NCBI GenBank assembly: GCA_963662615.2
Contig: CAXXSR010000001.1
Coordinates: forward strand, 1,344,001-1,408,000
Length of the DNA stretch: 64,000 bases
Source of the DNA: Dehalococcoidia bacterium
Lineage (GTDB): Bacteria; Chloroflexota; Dehalococcoidia; Bin125
Reading direction: 5' to 3'
Part shown: positions 30,235 to 39,958 of the stretch, piece after piece
Position numbering within the stretch: position 1 is the first letter of the stretch
How the letters are laid out: each line of letters opens with the position of its first letter
Notes under the pieces: generated by a model
What the model was told of the DNA's origin: nothing
Databases searched by the model: none
Seen by the model: only the letters and a program-made list of their open reading frames with translations
Position numbers and translations under genes: made by a program

Positions 30235-30918
30235 TCAGCCGATCACGGCGGTGAGAGCGGCGTCCAGGTCGGCGCAGTCGGGCAGGAGCACGTCGGCGCC
30301 CGCCGCTCGCAGCTCCTCCTCACTGCCACTGCCTGTCGCCACGGCCACCACCTTGGCGCCAATGGCGTGCCCCGCCGCAATGTCGTGGATTGTGTCGCCC
30401 ACGACCACCACCTCCGCCTCGCCCTCGCTGCCGCGCAGTCGCCGCACGCCGGCCGCCAGGATGGCGGCGCGTTCGGGGGAGTCCTCGCCAAAGCCGCCGT
30501 CGCGGAAGTGGTGCTGAATCCCGAAGTAATCCAGCTTCGCCATCGCCGTGCGGCGGAAGTTGCCGGTTCCCAGCCCCACCACCACGTCGTGCCCTCCCAA
30601 CGTCTCCAAGAGCGGGGCAATGCCGGGGAGAAGAGAGCCCTGGCACTCCGTCAGCGTCCGCGGCAGCTCCGCCGCGTAGGCCGCCAGGAACTCTCGTCGC
30701 ACCGCGCCGTCGTGCGGCTCGCCGTGTGCCCGCAGCGTCTCCTGGACGATCCAGGCGTCGCTACGCCCGGCGATCTCCAGGCCGTCCAGCGCGTCCTGCC
30801 CGTCAGGCAACGACAAGAGGCGCCCAAACGCCCGATTCATCGCGCGCGTACCCGCCCCGTTCGTGATCAGGAGCGTCCCGTCAATGTCGAACAGCAAAAT
30901 GCGCTGGGATCGGCCCAT
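30235..30918 (-). CDS. HAD superfamily hydrolase
   Basis: LFDIDGTL, TGN, VGDTIHD. Confidence 0.92.
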   Translation of the reverse strand: MGRSQRILLFDIDGTLLITNGAGTRAMNRAFGRLLSLPDGQDALDGLEIAGRSDAWIVQETLRAHGEPHDGAVRREFLAAYAAELPRTLTECQGSLLPGIAPLLETLGGHDVVVGLGTGNFRRTAMAKLDYFGIQHHFRDGGFGEDSPERAAILAAGVRRLRGSEGEAEVVVVGDTIHDIAAGHAIGAKVVAVATGSGSEEELRAAGADVLLPDCADLDAALTAVIG

Positions 30919-31033
30919 GGACTCCATCGTACCGCGATGCTGCGGAAGCCGTAGCGCCCCGCTTGACACGGCCGCACACCCCCCCGACGGCGGCCGCCTC
31001 GGCGGCGTTGCGCGTCGCTACAGAGTGCCTGCT

Positions 31034-31375
31034 CTACTTCTCAACCGGCAGCGCCGCCACGATCCAGGCGTCTGTGCCGCCCTCAATGTTGTAGAGGTCG
31101 TTGAATCCGGCGGCGGCGGCGAACTCGCAGGCCACGGCGCTGCGCTGTCCCTTGGCGCAGATGAACATCAGCGGTTTGTCCTTGCCGCCCGCCACCTCTT
31201 CCACCTCACCGGCGCGCTGGTACACGCTCATGTGCGGGATCAGCGGCGCCCCCGCCACGTGCCCCTGCACATACTCGTCCTCTTCGCGACAGTCGATGAT
31301 CGGCACGCCCTTCCGGCGCAGCGCATCCGCTTCCGCCACCGTGATACGTTTGAACGGCTCTTGTGCTTCCGGCAT
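31034..31375 (-). CDS. rhodanese-like sulfurtransferase
   Basis: IDCRE...GHV, ICAKGQRS, EGGTDAW. Confidence 0.92.
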   Translation of the reverse strand: MPEAQEPFKRITVAEADALRRKGVPIIDCREEDEYVQGHVAGAPLIPHMSVYQRAGEVEEVAGGKDKPLMFICAKGQRSAVACEFAAAAGFNDLYNIEGGTDAWIVAALPVEK

Positions 31376-31454
31376 CGATTTTCCAGTCGCTCGGTCCTGA
31401 CTCGCTTCGGCTCAGCCCCGTGCCGGCCTCAGTGTATCATCGCGCCACGTGCCT

Positions 31455-31680
31455 GAAGCGGCGCCCTGCTCCCAAACGCCCGCCTTCCCGCTGCCGCCGA
31501 CCGCAGCGGGCCTGACACCCCCAGCGGGAAAGAGCACGAAAACGGCGATCTGTTGACCTCCAATTTCATGCTCACGTAGCCTTCCCAATGACGAAGCCGC
31601 GTCCTGCTCCAACACGCGCGCCATTCCGCTGCCACCGACCGCGCGGCGCCTCACGCCCCCTGCGGGAAGGAGCACGAAAA
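31455..31680 (+). repeat. two 88-bp diverged direct repeats (31455-31542, 31593-31680)
   Basis: Ungapped manual alignment gives 72/88 identical. Confidence 0.88.
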
Positions 31681-31685
31681 AACTG

Positions 31686-33653
31686 ATGGCGACGCCCGCA
31701 ACCGCTCTGCCCACCCATGAGGTCTACCCTCCCCCCGCGCGCGTGCGTGACGACGCGCTCGTCTCCAGCCTCCACGACTATCAGCGCCTCTACCAACGCA
31801 GCATCGACGACCCTGACGCCTTTTGGCGGGAGATGGCCGATCAGCACCTCAATTGGATTGAGCCCTTCCGCACCGTCGTCGAGGAGGACCTCCGCACCGG
31901 CAAGATCGGCTGGTTCCTCGGCGGGAAGCTGAACGTCGCTGCCAACTGCCTCGACCGACACCTCGACACGCGCGGCGACAAAGTGGCGATTCTCTGGGAA
32001 GGCGACGAGCCCGGCACGACCCGCGCCCTCACCTACCGCGCCCTCTACGAAGAGGTCTGCCGGCTCGGCAACGAGCTGCGCGCCCGCGGCATCCGTAAGG
32101 GCGACCGGGTCGCCATCTACATGGGCATGGTGCCTGAGCTGGCCGTGGCCATGCTGGCCTGCGCCCGCATCGGCGCCATCCACTCCGTCATCTTCGGCGG
32201 CTTCAGCCCCCAATCCATCGCCGACCGCATCAACGACTCTGCCTGCAAGGCCGTCATCACGCAGGACGAAGGCCGCCGCGGCGGGCGCCCCATCGCGCTC
32301 AAGCGCAACGTTGACGAGGCCCTGGAGCAGACGTCCACGGTGGAGTTCGTCCTCGTCCTCAGCCGCACCGGCGCCGACGTCACGATGCGCGAGGGCCGGG
32401 ACTTCTGGTGGTCCCAAACGGTCGCCACGCAGCCGCCGCAATGCGAACCAGAGGTCATGGACGCCGAGGACCCGCTCTTCATCCTCTACACCTCCGGCTC
32501 CACTGGGCAGCCCAAGGGCGTCCTTCACACCCAGGCCGGCTACCTCCTCTTCGCCCTGGTCAGCCATCGCTACATCTTTGACTTGCGCGAAGACGACATC
32601 TACTGCTGCGCCGCCGATTGCGGCTGGGTCACCGGCCACAGCTACATCGTCTACGGCCCCCTGGCCAACGGCGCCACCAGCGTGATGTTCGAGTCAATCC
32701 CCACCTACCCGGACGCCGGCCGCTACTGGGACATGGTGGACCGCTTGGGCATCACCATCTTCTACACCGCCCCCACCGCCATTCGTGCCATCGCCCGTGA
32801 GGGCGAACGCTTCGTGACCGCGCACAGCCGCCGCACCCTTCGCGTCCTCGGGACCGTGGGAGAGCCGATCAACCCTGAGGCCTGGCGCTGGTATTTCAAC
32901 GTCGTCGGCGAGCGACGCTGCGCCATCGTCGACACCTACTGGCAGACCGAGACCGGCGGCATCATGATCACCGGCCTCCCCGGCGCTATCGACATGAAAC
33001 CCGGCTCCGCCTCCTTCCCCTTCTTCGGCGTCGTGCCCTGCCTCGTCGACGAGCGCGGCAACGAGATCGAAGGCACTGACGTCAGCGGCATCCTCTGCGT
33101 CAAGGCGTCCTGGCCCGGCATGATGCGCACCGTCTACGGCGACCACGATCGCTTCGTGCAGACCTACCTCGTGCAGTATCCCGGCAAGTACTTCACCGGC
33201 GACGGCGCCTACCGCGACGCCGACGGCTACTACTGGCTCACCGGACGCGTCGACGACGTCCTCAACGTCGCCGGCCATCGCATTGGCACCGCGGAGGTGG
33301 AAGGCGCCCTCGTGCAGCACGCCGCCTGCGCCGAGGCGGCGGTCGTCGGCTATCCCCACGAGATCAAAGGCGAGGGAATCTACGCCTACGTCCTCCTCAA
33401 TGAGGGCCACGGCCCCTCCGCTGAACTTGCCGCCGCGCTGCGACTGGGGGTTCGCAAAGCGATCGGCCCCATCGCCTCGCCGGACAAGCTCCAGTTCGTC
33501 GAAGGGCTGCCCAAGACGCGTTCGGGCAAGATCATGCGCCGCATCCTTCGCAAGATCGCCGAGGGCAATCCCGACGACGTAGGCGACGTCACGACCCTCG
33601 CCGAGCCCGCCGTCGTCGAGGCCATCGTCGCGGGCGCGGCCCAGGCACACTGA
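31686..33653 (+). CDS. acs: acetyl-CoA synthetase (AMP-forming)
   Basis: [36 protein letters not shown]. Confidence 0.97.
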   Translation: MATPATALPTHEVYPPPARVRDDALVSSLHDYQRLYQRSIDDPDAFWREMADQHLNWIEPFRTVVEEDLRTGKIGWFLGGKLNVAANCLDRHLDTRGDKVAILWEGDEPGTTRALTYRALYEEVCRLGNELRARGIRKGDRVAIYMGMVPELAVAMLACARIGAIHSVIFGGFSPQSIADRINDSACKAVITQDEGRRGGRPIALKRNVDEALEQTSTVEFVLVLSRTGADVTMREGRDFWWSQTVATQPPQCEPEVMDAEDPLFILYTSGSTGQPKGVLHTQAGYLLFALVSHRYIFDLREDDIYCCAADCGWVTGHSYIVYGPLANGATSVMFESIPTYPDAGRYWDMVDRLGITIFYTAPTAIRAIAREGERFVTAHSRRTLRVLGTVGEPINPEAWRWYFNVVGERRCAIVDTYWQTETGGIMITGLPGAIDMKPGSASFPFFGVVPCLVDERGNEIEGTDVSGILCVKASWPGMMRTVYGDHDRFVQTYLVQYPGKYFTGDGAYRDADGYYWLTGRVDDVLNVAGHRIGTAEVEGALVQHAACAEAAVVGYPHEIKGEGIYAYVLLNEGHGPSAELAAALRLGVRKAIGPIASPDKLQFVEGLPKTRSGKIMRRILRKIAEGNPDDVGDVTTLAEPAVVEAIVAGAAQAH

Positions 33654-33688
33654 CCGCCGTCGCCAGAAAGGATCGGAGCGTCCCCTCC

Positions 33689-34108
33689 ATGACCACTGGC
33701 GCCACATTCTGCCTCACCTGCGCAACGGAACTCACCCAGGGCGCGCGCTTTTGCTCGCACTGCGGAGCGGAACAGCACGCCGATCCACGAATGCAGAGAG
33801 TTACCGGCGCGACTGCGATCGCCCTCTCGGCCATGCTGGGCGTCCTGGGGATGATCTTCATCGCCGGGGCTGTCGGCGTCTGGGATGCCGTCTCGGGCAG
33901 CGACGAAAATCAGGACACGGTGGCTGCCATCTTCGCCGCCCTGGCGCTCACGGTGGCGGCCCTGGGCGTTGTCGCCGGCGACGTCGCCTTCGTCAACTAC
34001 CTGCGCAACCGCGGCGCCCACGACTGGGCCTGGTGGTCCCAGTTAGTCATCGTTCCCGTCTGGCTCTTCGTCCTGCTCGCTGTGGCCCTTGGCGTTACCG
34101 GCAATTAG
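33689..34108 (+). CDS. zinc-ribbon membrane protein
   Basis: CxxC...FCSHCG followed by three TM segments. Confidence 0.7.
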   Translation: MTTGATFCLTCATELTQGARFCSHCGAEQHADPRMQRVTGATAIALSAMLGVLGMIFIAGAVGVWDAVSGSDENQDTVAAIFAALALTVAALGVVAGDVAFVNYLRNRGAHDWAWWSQLVIVPVWLFVLLAVALGVTGN

Positions 34109-34277
34109 GACAGCGGCCGACTCCGGCGCAGCCTTCGCCCTGCGCCTGCAAGCCGGCGCTCGCCCAGCCGTCCGCGCCCCCGTGCGGACGATTGCAAGGC
34201 TGCGCCCGCTGTGGCCGTCACGGCCGCGTATAATCGCCGTCCATGTCGTAGCGGATGTCCCCCATGGAAGGCGCGCC

Positions 34278-35243
34278 ATGAAGGTCTACGTCACTCGCAA
34301 GCTCTCCGGCGACAGCCTTGCGCGGCTGCAGAGCGAGCCGGATCTCGAAGTGACCGTCTGGAACCAAGAAGCGCCTCCCCCACCCCACGATTTGCACCGC
34401 GCGGTGCGCGGCCTCCACGGCCTCCTCTGCCTCGTCACGGACCGGATCGACGCCGCCCTCTTGGACGCCGCCGGGCCCCAGCTCAAGGTCGTCTCTCAGA
34501 TGGCCGTCGGCGTCAATAACGTCGACGTGGCCGCCTGTGCCGCACGCGGCGTCGCCGTCGGCAACACCCCCGGCGTCCTCACCGAGACGACCGCCGACCT
34601 CGCCTTCGCCCTCATGCTCGCCGCCGCTCGACGGTTGCTGGAGGCGGCGGACTACGTGCGCAAGGGCGACTGGACCTTCTGGTCGCCCACAACGCTGCTC
34701 GGCGTCGACGTCTACGGCGCCACCCTCGGGATCGTCGGCCTCGGTGCTACCGGCCAGGAGATGGCCCGGCGCGCGGCCGGCTTCGACATGCGCGTGCTCT
34801 ACTGGTCGCGCCGGGAGAAGCCCGAGATCGCGCAAGGGCTGGGCGCCACCTACCGCCCACTCCCCGATCTGCTCGCCACCGCCGACTTCGTCAGCCTCCA
34901 CGTCGCGCTCACCCCGGAGACCCACCATCTCATCGACGCTGCCGCGTTGGCGCGCATGCCCCCCCACGCGATCCTGATCAACACGGCCCGGGGCGACGTA
35001 GTAGATGAGGCCGCGCTGATCGCGGCGCTCCGCAGCGGCCAGATCGCCGCCGCCGGCCTTGACGTCACCGCCGTGGAACCGGTCCCCCTCAACAACCCCC
35101 TACTACTACTGCCCAACGCCATTGTGCTACCGCACATCGGCTCGGCCAGCCGGGCCACACGAACCAAGATGGCGGACATGGCCGTCGCCAACTTGCTCGC
35201 CGGGCTCCACGACCAGCCGCTGCCGCACGCCGTCCGCGCCTAA
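34278..35243 (+). CDS. D-2-hydroxyacid dehydrogenase (glyoxylate/hydroxypyruvate reductase type)
   Basis: NTPGVLTETTAD, GIVGLG, INTARG, GLDV, LPHIGSA. Confidence 0.93.
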   Translation: MKVYVTRKLSGDSLARLQSEPDLEVTVWNQEAPPPPHDLHRAVRGLHGLLCLVTDRIDAALLDAAGPQLKVVSQMAVGVNNVDVAACAARGVAVGNTPGVLTETTADLAFALMLAAARRLLEAADYVRKGDWTFWSPTTLLGVDVYGATLGIVGLGATGQEMARRAAGFDMRVLYWSRREKPEIAQGLGATYRPLPDLLATADFVSLHVALTPETHHLIDAAALARMPPHAILINTARGDVVDEAALIAALRSGQIAAAGLDVTAVEPVPLNNPLLLLPNAIVLPHIGSASRATRTKMADMAVANLLAGLHDQPLPHAVRA

Positions 35244-35381
35244 CCCCTGCGCACTGACACCCCCGCGACGCGCCCGCACGCCCGAGCCCGCGCGTTGACG
35301 CGCTCTTCCCGGCGCTCATAGGATGCGAACCAATAGCGCAGCGCCGCACGCTCCTCTCGTCGCCGCTTCTCGAAAGGGAGA

Positions 35382-36047
35382 ATGAGGCCCCGCGAGATGC
35401 CCTCCGCGGACCCCGACCCCGGCAATCTCTGGCTCGCCCGGGCGCTCTGGGATTGCGGCGCGGTGCGCTTCGGCGATTTCAACATCGGCCAGACCGTGGC
35501 CTCGCCCATCTACATCAATGCGCGCCGCATCGTCAGCAATCCCCGCGCGCTCCGTCGCATTGGCAATCTGCTCACGGAAGAGACCTCGACCCTGGCCGGG
35601 ATGATGCACCCGCACATCGCCCCATTCGAACTGATCGCCGGCGTCCCCGTGGGCGGCCTCCACGTCGCCACCACCTTCTCACTCGCCGCTGACATCCCCC
35701 TGATCTATCCCAACCCCCGCCGGCGTGAGCACGAGGTGTACGAAGAGATTGAGGGCTCCTATTTTCCCGGCCAGACGGTGCTCTTGCTGGACGACCTGAT
35801 CACCGGCGGCACCAGCATCGTGGAGACCGCCGACATGCTGCGCGAGGCCGGCCTCAAGGTGCATGACGCCGTCGTCCTCCTCGACCGGCAGGCGGGCGGC
35901 AGCCGCCGCCTCAAGCAGCACGGAATTACCCTGCACCCGCTCCTCACCCTGGAGACGCTGCTCAATCATCTGGTCCTGCGGGAGTACATCACGCAGGCCC
36001 AGTACGCGCAGTGCCTCGCCTACATCACCGGCTCCGCCGGCGAGTGA
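35382..36047 (+). CDS. orotate phosphoribosyltransferase-like protein
   Basis: FGDF, SPIYIN, LLDDLITGGTS PRPP loop. Confidence 0.8.
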   Translation: MRPREMPSADPDPGNLWLARALWDCGAVRFGDFNIGQTVASPIYINARRIVSNPRALRRIGNLLTEETSTLAGMMHPHIAPFELIAGVPVGGLHVATTFSLAADIPLIYPNPRRREHEVYEEIEGSYFPGQTVLLLDDLITGGTSIVETADMLREAGLKVHDAVVLLDRQAGGSRRLKQHGITLHPLLTLETLLNHLVLREYITQAQYAQCLAYITGSAGE

Positions 36048-36083
36048 GGCCCGGCGCACCCACGGCAACCACGCCGCGAAGCG

Positions 36084-36299
36084 TTAGAGCAATCGCCGGA
36101 TCGGCTTGCGGCCCGGGCGCGGGTCGTAGTTCGCCTTGAACATCTCCAACTTGTCCCGTTCAATCAGGTACTTCCCCGCGAAGATCGTTGCCGGGACTTT
36201 CTTTTGTTTGATCAAGCGGCGCAGGCTTTGCGGATGGATCGAGAGTTCCCGCGCCGCTTCCACCAAGTCCAAAAAGTTGTCGAAGGGACTCTGTACCAT
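36084..36299 (-). CDS. HTH_17 (excisionase/BldC-like) DNA-binding protein
   Basis: LDLVEAARELSIHPQSLRRLIK...GKYLI; AGGAGG RBS. Confidence 0.85.
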   Translation of the reverse strand: MVQSPFDNFLDLVEAARELSIHPQSLRRLIKQKKVPATIFAGKYLIERDKLEMFKANYDPRPGRKPIRRLL

Positions 36300-36473
36300 C
36301 CGCCGACCGCCCTCCTATCGCTAAACTGCATACGCAAATATAACGGCAGCCCTTCGGGCGGTCAAAGCGACCGCTCCCGGCTCGCCCCCATCCGCAATCC
36401 GGGGAACAATGGTCGTGTTGGGGGGCGCGCACTAGGGCCGCCGGTCCCAGTTTAGAGAGAGGAGGGGCCCACT

Positions 36474-37163
36474 CTGCCGCATCCCATCATCGCCACGGCC
36501 CGCTCGCAGGGCCGTTCCCTCCTCACTGAAGTGGAGGCGAATGCCCTCCTGGCGGAGGGGGGCATCCCCGTGATCCCCACGGCGTTGGCGCGGGACCCTG
36601 AGGAGGCGATACACCTCGCCGACACCTTCGGCTACCCGGTGGTCCTGAAGCTGGCGGCCGCGTCCATCACGCACAAGAGCGACGTTGGCGGCGTCGCCCT
36701 GAATCTTGCCAACGCCGACGCCGTGCACGACGCCTTCCACCGCATCCGATCCGCTGCCCTGGCCGCAGCGCCCGACGCAGCCGTCCAGGGAGTCTCCGTC
36801 CAGCCCCTGGCCCGCCCCGGCACGGAGGTGATCATTGGCCTGACCCAGGACCCGCAATTTGGACCCGTCCTCATGTTCGGCCTGGGCGGCGTGCTGGTGG
36901 AAGCGCTCAAAGACGTCGCCTTCCGCATCGTCCCGCTCGACTCGCGTGATGCCCGCCAGATGATCGGCGAGATTCAGGCCTTCCCTCTTTTGCAGGGGTA
37001 CCGCGGCGCCCCGCCCGCCGACCTCGACGCGCTGGAAGCGTTACTGCTCAAGCTCTCGGCCTTCGCCCAGGCGCACCCGGAGATTCGGGAGCTGGACTTG
37101 AACCCCGTCGTCGCCCACGCCCACGGCGCCACCGCCGTCGATGTCAGCATCGTGCTCTCCTAG
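36474..37163 (+). CDS. ADP-forming acyl-CoA synthetase beta (ATP-grasp) subunit, probable CTG start
   Basis: GYPVVLK, HKSDVGGV, DPQFGPVLMFGLGG, ELDLNP; GGAGG 8 nt before CTG 36474. Confidence 0.88.
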   Translation: MPHPIIATARSQGRSLLTEVEANALLAEGGIPVIPTALARDPEEAIHLADTFGYPVVLKLAAASITHKSDVGGVALNLANADAVHDAFHRIRSAALAAAPDAAVQGVSVQPLARPGTEVIIGLTQDPQFGPVLMFGLGGVLVEALKDVAFRIVPLDSRDARQMIGEIQAFPLLQGYRGAPPADLDALEALLLKLSAFAQAHPEIRELDLNPVVAHAHGATAVDVSIVLS

Positions 37164-37241
37164 CGAGGAAACCTAGCCAGGGAGTGGCCGTGCCTCTCGC
37201 CCGAACGCAACGCCTCACCCGTCATCGCGGAGCTGGCCTCC

Positions 37242-38633
37242 ATGCCTGAGCTTCTGCAGCGGCTGCAGCGCCTCCTCAATCCTCGCGTCGTCGCCGTCGT
37301 CGGCGATCAGCGGGCCAGCGGCTATCGCTGGTTGGAGAGTCTCCAGACCTTTCACGGCCGTCTCTACTCCGTGCAGGGGGACGCGGCGGAGATCCCCGGC
37401 ATTCAGGAGCGGGGCATCGAAAACGTCGCTGGCATCGCCGAGATCCCGGAGCCGGTGGACTACGTCGTTTGCGCCGTCCCCCCCGAGACCGCGCCCGCCA
37501 TCGTCAGGGACTGCATTCAGGCCCACGTCGGCGGCGTCGCCCTCTGCACCGCCGGCTTCGCCGAAACGGCCGACGATGTCGGCATCCGTCTCCAGGACGA
37601 GATCGTGGCCCTCGCGCGCCGGGGCGGCCTCCCCCTCCTCGGTCCCAACTGCCTGGGCCTCCACATCCCCCGGCTGGGCCTGCGCTTCTCGCCGCAGCAG
37701 CCCCATGGCCCCAGCGGCAGCGTGGGCTTCATCACGCAGAGCGGATCGCACGGCCTACACTTCAGTCTTGAAGCAGCAGCCGGCGGCGTCTATTGCAGCG
37801 CGCTGATCGCCTACGGCAACGGCGGCGTGTTGGAGGCCGCCGACTTCCTGGACGTCCTCGCCCGCGACGCCGACACGCGCGTCATCGGCCTCTACATCGA
37901 GGGAACCCGCGACGGACGCCGCCTCCTTGCCGCCCTCCGCTCCGCCGCCCAGCGCAAGCCGGTCATCGTCTGGAAGGGTGGCCAGACGGAGGCCGGCGCC
38001 CGCGCCGCGCTCGCGCACACCGCTTCGCCGGCGGGCAACCGGGCGCTTTGGGAGGCGGCGCTCAAGCAGGCCGGCGCCGTCGCCGTGGAGGGCCTGGACG
38101 AAATGCTTGACGTTGTCCAGACCGTCCTGCTCAGCAAGCCCGCGGCCGGCTCTGGCATCGCGCTCCTCGCGCTGTCCGGCGGCGCCGCGGTGGCCATGGC
38201 GGACGCTTTCGCCAAAGCGGGCTGGAACGTCCCCGTCCTCGACGTCCCCGTCCTCGACGCCACCGCTGGATCTCGCCAAAATCCGCTCGACCTCGGCCCC
38301 GTCATCGGCCCCGACCCCACCTCCCTGCCCCGCTTGCTCCACGACCTCGATCGCGACCCTAACGTCCACGCCCTCGCACTCGATCTCTCCCTCGCCGGCA
38401 GGGACCGAACCGGGGCCGGCGCCCCCACGGACCTTGAGGCGCTCCTTGACGCGCTCCAGCGCTTCGCCGCGCGCTCGCCCAAACCACTCGTTGCCATCGT
38501 CCCTCCGGCCCATCTGGACGCCGGCTCCGCCCCCCTGCGCCAAATGCTGCAAGAACGCCGCATCCCCTTCTTTCCCACCGTCGCCCGCGCTGCGACCGCG
38601 CTCGCCAAGGCCACGGCAGCGCGCGCGCCCTGA
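37242..38633 (+). CDS. ADP-forming acyl-CoA synthetase alpha (CoA-binding) subunit
   Basis: GPNCLG, TQSG, KGG...AHTAS phospho-His motif. Confidence 0.9.
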   Translation: MPELLQRLQRLLNPRVVAVVGDQRASGYRWLESLQTFHGRLYSVQGDAAEIPGIQERGIENVAGIAEIPEPVDYVVCAVPPETAPAIVRDCIQAHVGGVALCTAGFAETADDVGIRLQDEIVALARRGGLPLLGPNCLGLHIPRLGLRFSPQQPHGPSGSVGFITQSGSHGLHFSLEAAAGGVYCSALIAYGNGGVLEAADFLDVLARDADTRVIGLYIEGTRDGRRLLAALRSAAQRKPVIVWKGGQTEAGARAALAHTASPAGNRALWEAALKQAGAVAVEGLDEMLDVVQTVLLSKPAAGSGIALLALSGGAAVAMADAFAKAGWNVPVLDVPVLDATAGSRQNPLDLGPVIGPDPTSLPRLLHDLDRDPNVHALALDLSLAGRDRTGAGAPTDLEALLDALQRFAARSPKPLVAIVPPAHLDAGSAPLRQMLQERRIPFFPTVARAATALAKATAARAP

Positions 38634-38748
38634 GCCACCCGTTCTCCCTCCGAGCGCGCCGCATGTGCGACACTGCCCTCCGCGACGCTCCGTCACTTCC
38701 GCGGCATCGCGGACGGTCAACGACGGAGAAGGGCGGGGAGCAGCGGCC

Positions 38749-39945
38749 ATGCGCAACGGCGTGATCTACATGGACCACGCGGCAACCACGCCCGTCCATC
38801 CGGACGTGCTCCGCGCCATGGCGCCGTATCACGCGGATCGCTTCGGCAATCCCAGCAGCCTGCATCGTCTCGGCCGCGAGGCGGAAGCCGCCGTCGATCG
38901 CGCCCGCGAGACCGTGGCCGGCCTCCTCAATGCCCGCGCCAACGAGCTAATCTTCACCAGCGGCGGCTCCGAGTCCATCAACACCGCCCTCAAGGGGGTC
39001 GCCTTCGCGCAGCAGTTCGCCGGCGTCGGCCGCCGCATCGTCTCCACGGCCATGGAACACCACGCCGTCCTCCACTGCCTCGACTACCTCGAACGCTTCG
39101 GCTTCGAGATCGTGCGCATCCCGCCCGACTCCGACGGTGGCATCAACCCCGACGATGTCGCCCAGGCCGTCGACGCCGAGACCGTCCTGGTCAGCGTCAT
39201 GTACGCCAATAACGAGGTCGGCGCCATCCAACCGCTCGCCGCCATCGCCGAGGCGCTGCGACGGCGCGGGGCCGAGCTGGAGCGCCACATCCCCCTCCAC
39301 GCCGATGCCGTCCAGGCGCCCGGCCAGCTCCCCATCGACGTCCAGGAGCTGGAAGTCGATCTCCTCAGCATCTCCGCGCATAAGTTTCGCGGGCCCAAGG
39401 GCAGCGGCGCCCTCTACCTGCGGCGCGGCACCCCCTTCCTGGCCCAGCAGGTCGGCGGCGGCCAGGAGCGCAACCGCCGCGCCGGCACGGAAAATGTCGC
39501 CGGCATCGTCGGCCTTGCGGAAGCGCTCTGGCTGGCCGAGCAACAACGCCAGGCCTTCGCCCTCCACACCCGCGCCCTCCGCGACCGCTTCTTTGAGCGC
39601 CTGCAGCAAGACATCCCCGGCGCCGTCCCCAACGGCCGCCTCTCCGAGCGCCTGCCCAACAACGCCAACGTCCGCTTCGCCGGGGTCAACGGCCAGGACC
39701 TCCTGGAGGCGCTGGATGCGGTCGGCGTCGCCGCCTCCAGCGGCAGCGCCTGCACCACCTCGGCTTGGGAGCCCAGTCATGTGCTGATCGCCATGGGGGC
39801 GGACCAGGACGCCGCCTCCGGCAGCCTCCGTTGCACCTTCGGCCTCGACAACACGGCGGCCGAAGTCGATACCGTCGTCGAGCACCTGCGCGAGATCGTG
39901 CCCCAACTCCGACACCAGGCCTCCCCCGTCGGCAGCCACGCCTAG
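38749..39945 (+). CDS. iscS: cysteine desulfurase (second paralog)
   Basis: YMDHAATTP, SAHKFRGPKG, SSGSAC. Confidence 0.93.
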   Translation: MRNGVIYMDHAATTPVHPDVLRAMAPYHADRFGNPSSLHRLGREAEAAVDRARETVAGLLNARANELIFTSGGSESINTALKGVAFAQQFAGVGRRIVSTAMEHHAVLHCLDYLERFGFEIVRIPPDSDGGINPDDVAQAVDAETVLVSVMYANNEVGAIQPLAAIAEALRRRGAELERHIPLHADAVQAPGQLPIDVQELEVDLLSISAHKFRGPKGSGALYLRRGTPFLAQQVGGGQERNRRAGTENVAGIVGLAEALWLAEQQRQAFALHTRALRDRFFERLQQDIPGAVPNGRLSERLPNNANVRFAGVNGQDLLEALDAVGVAASSGSACTTSAWEPSHVLIAMGADQDAASGSLRCTFGLDNTAAEVDTVVEHLREIVPQLRHQASPVGSHA

Positions 39946-39958
39946 CCCGGCGACGATC

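Noticed and set aside
36084-36299. Prophage or ICE signalled by the excisionase-like gene
   Set aside because: No integrase, phage or conjugation genes nearby; flanks are metabolic genes
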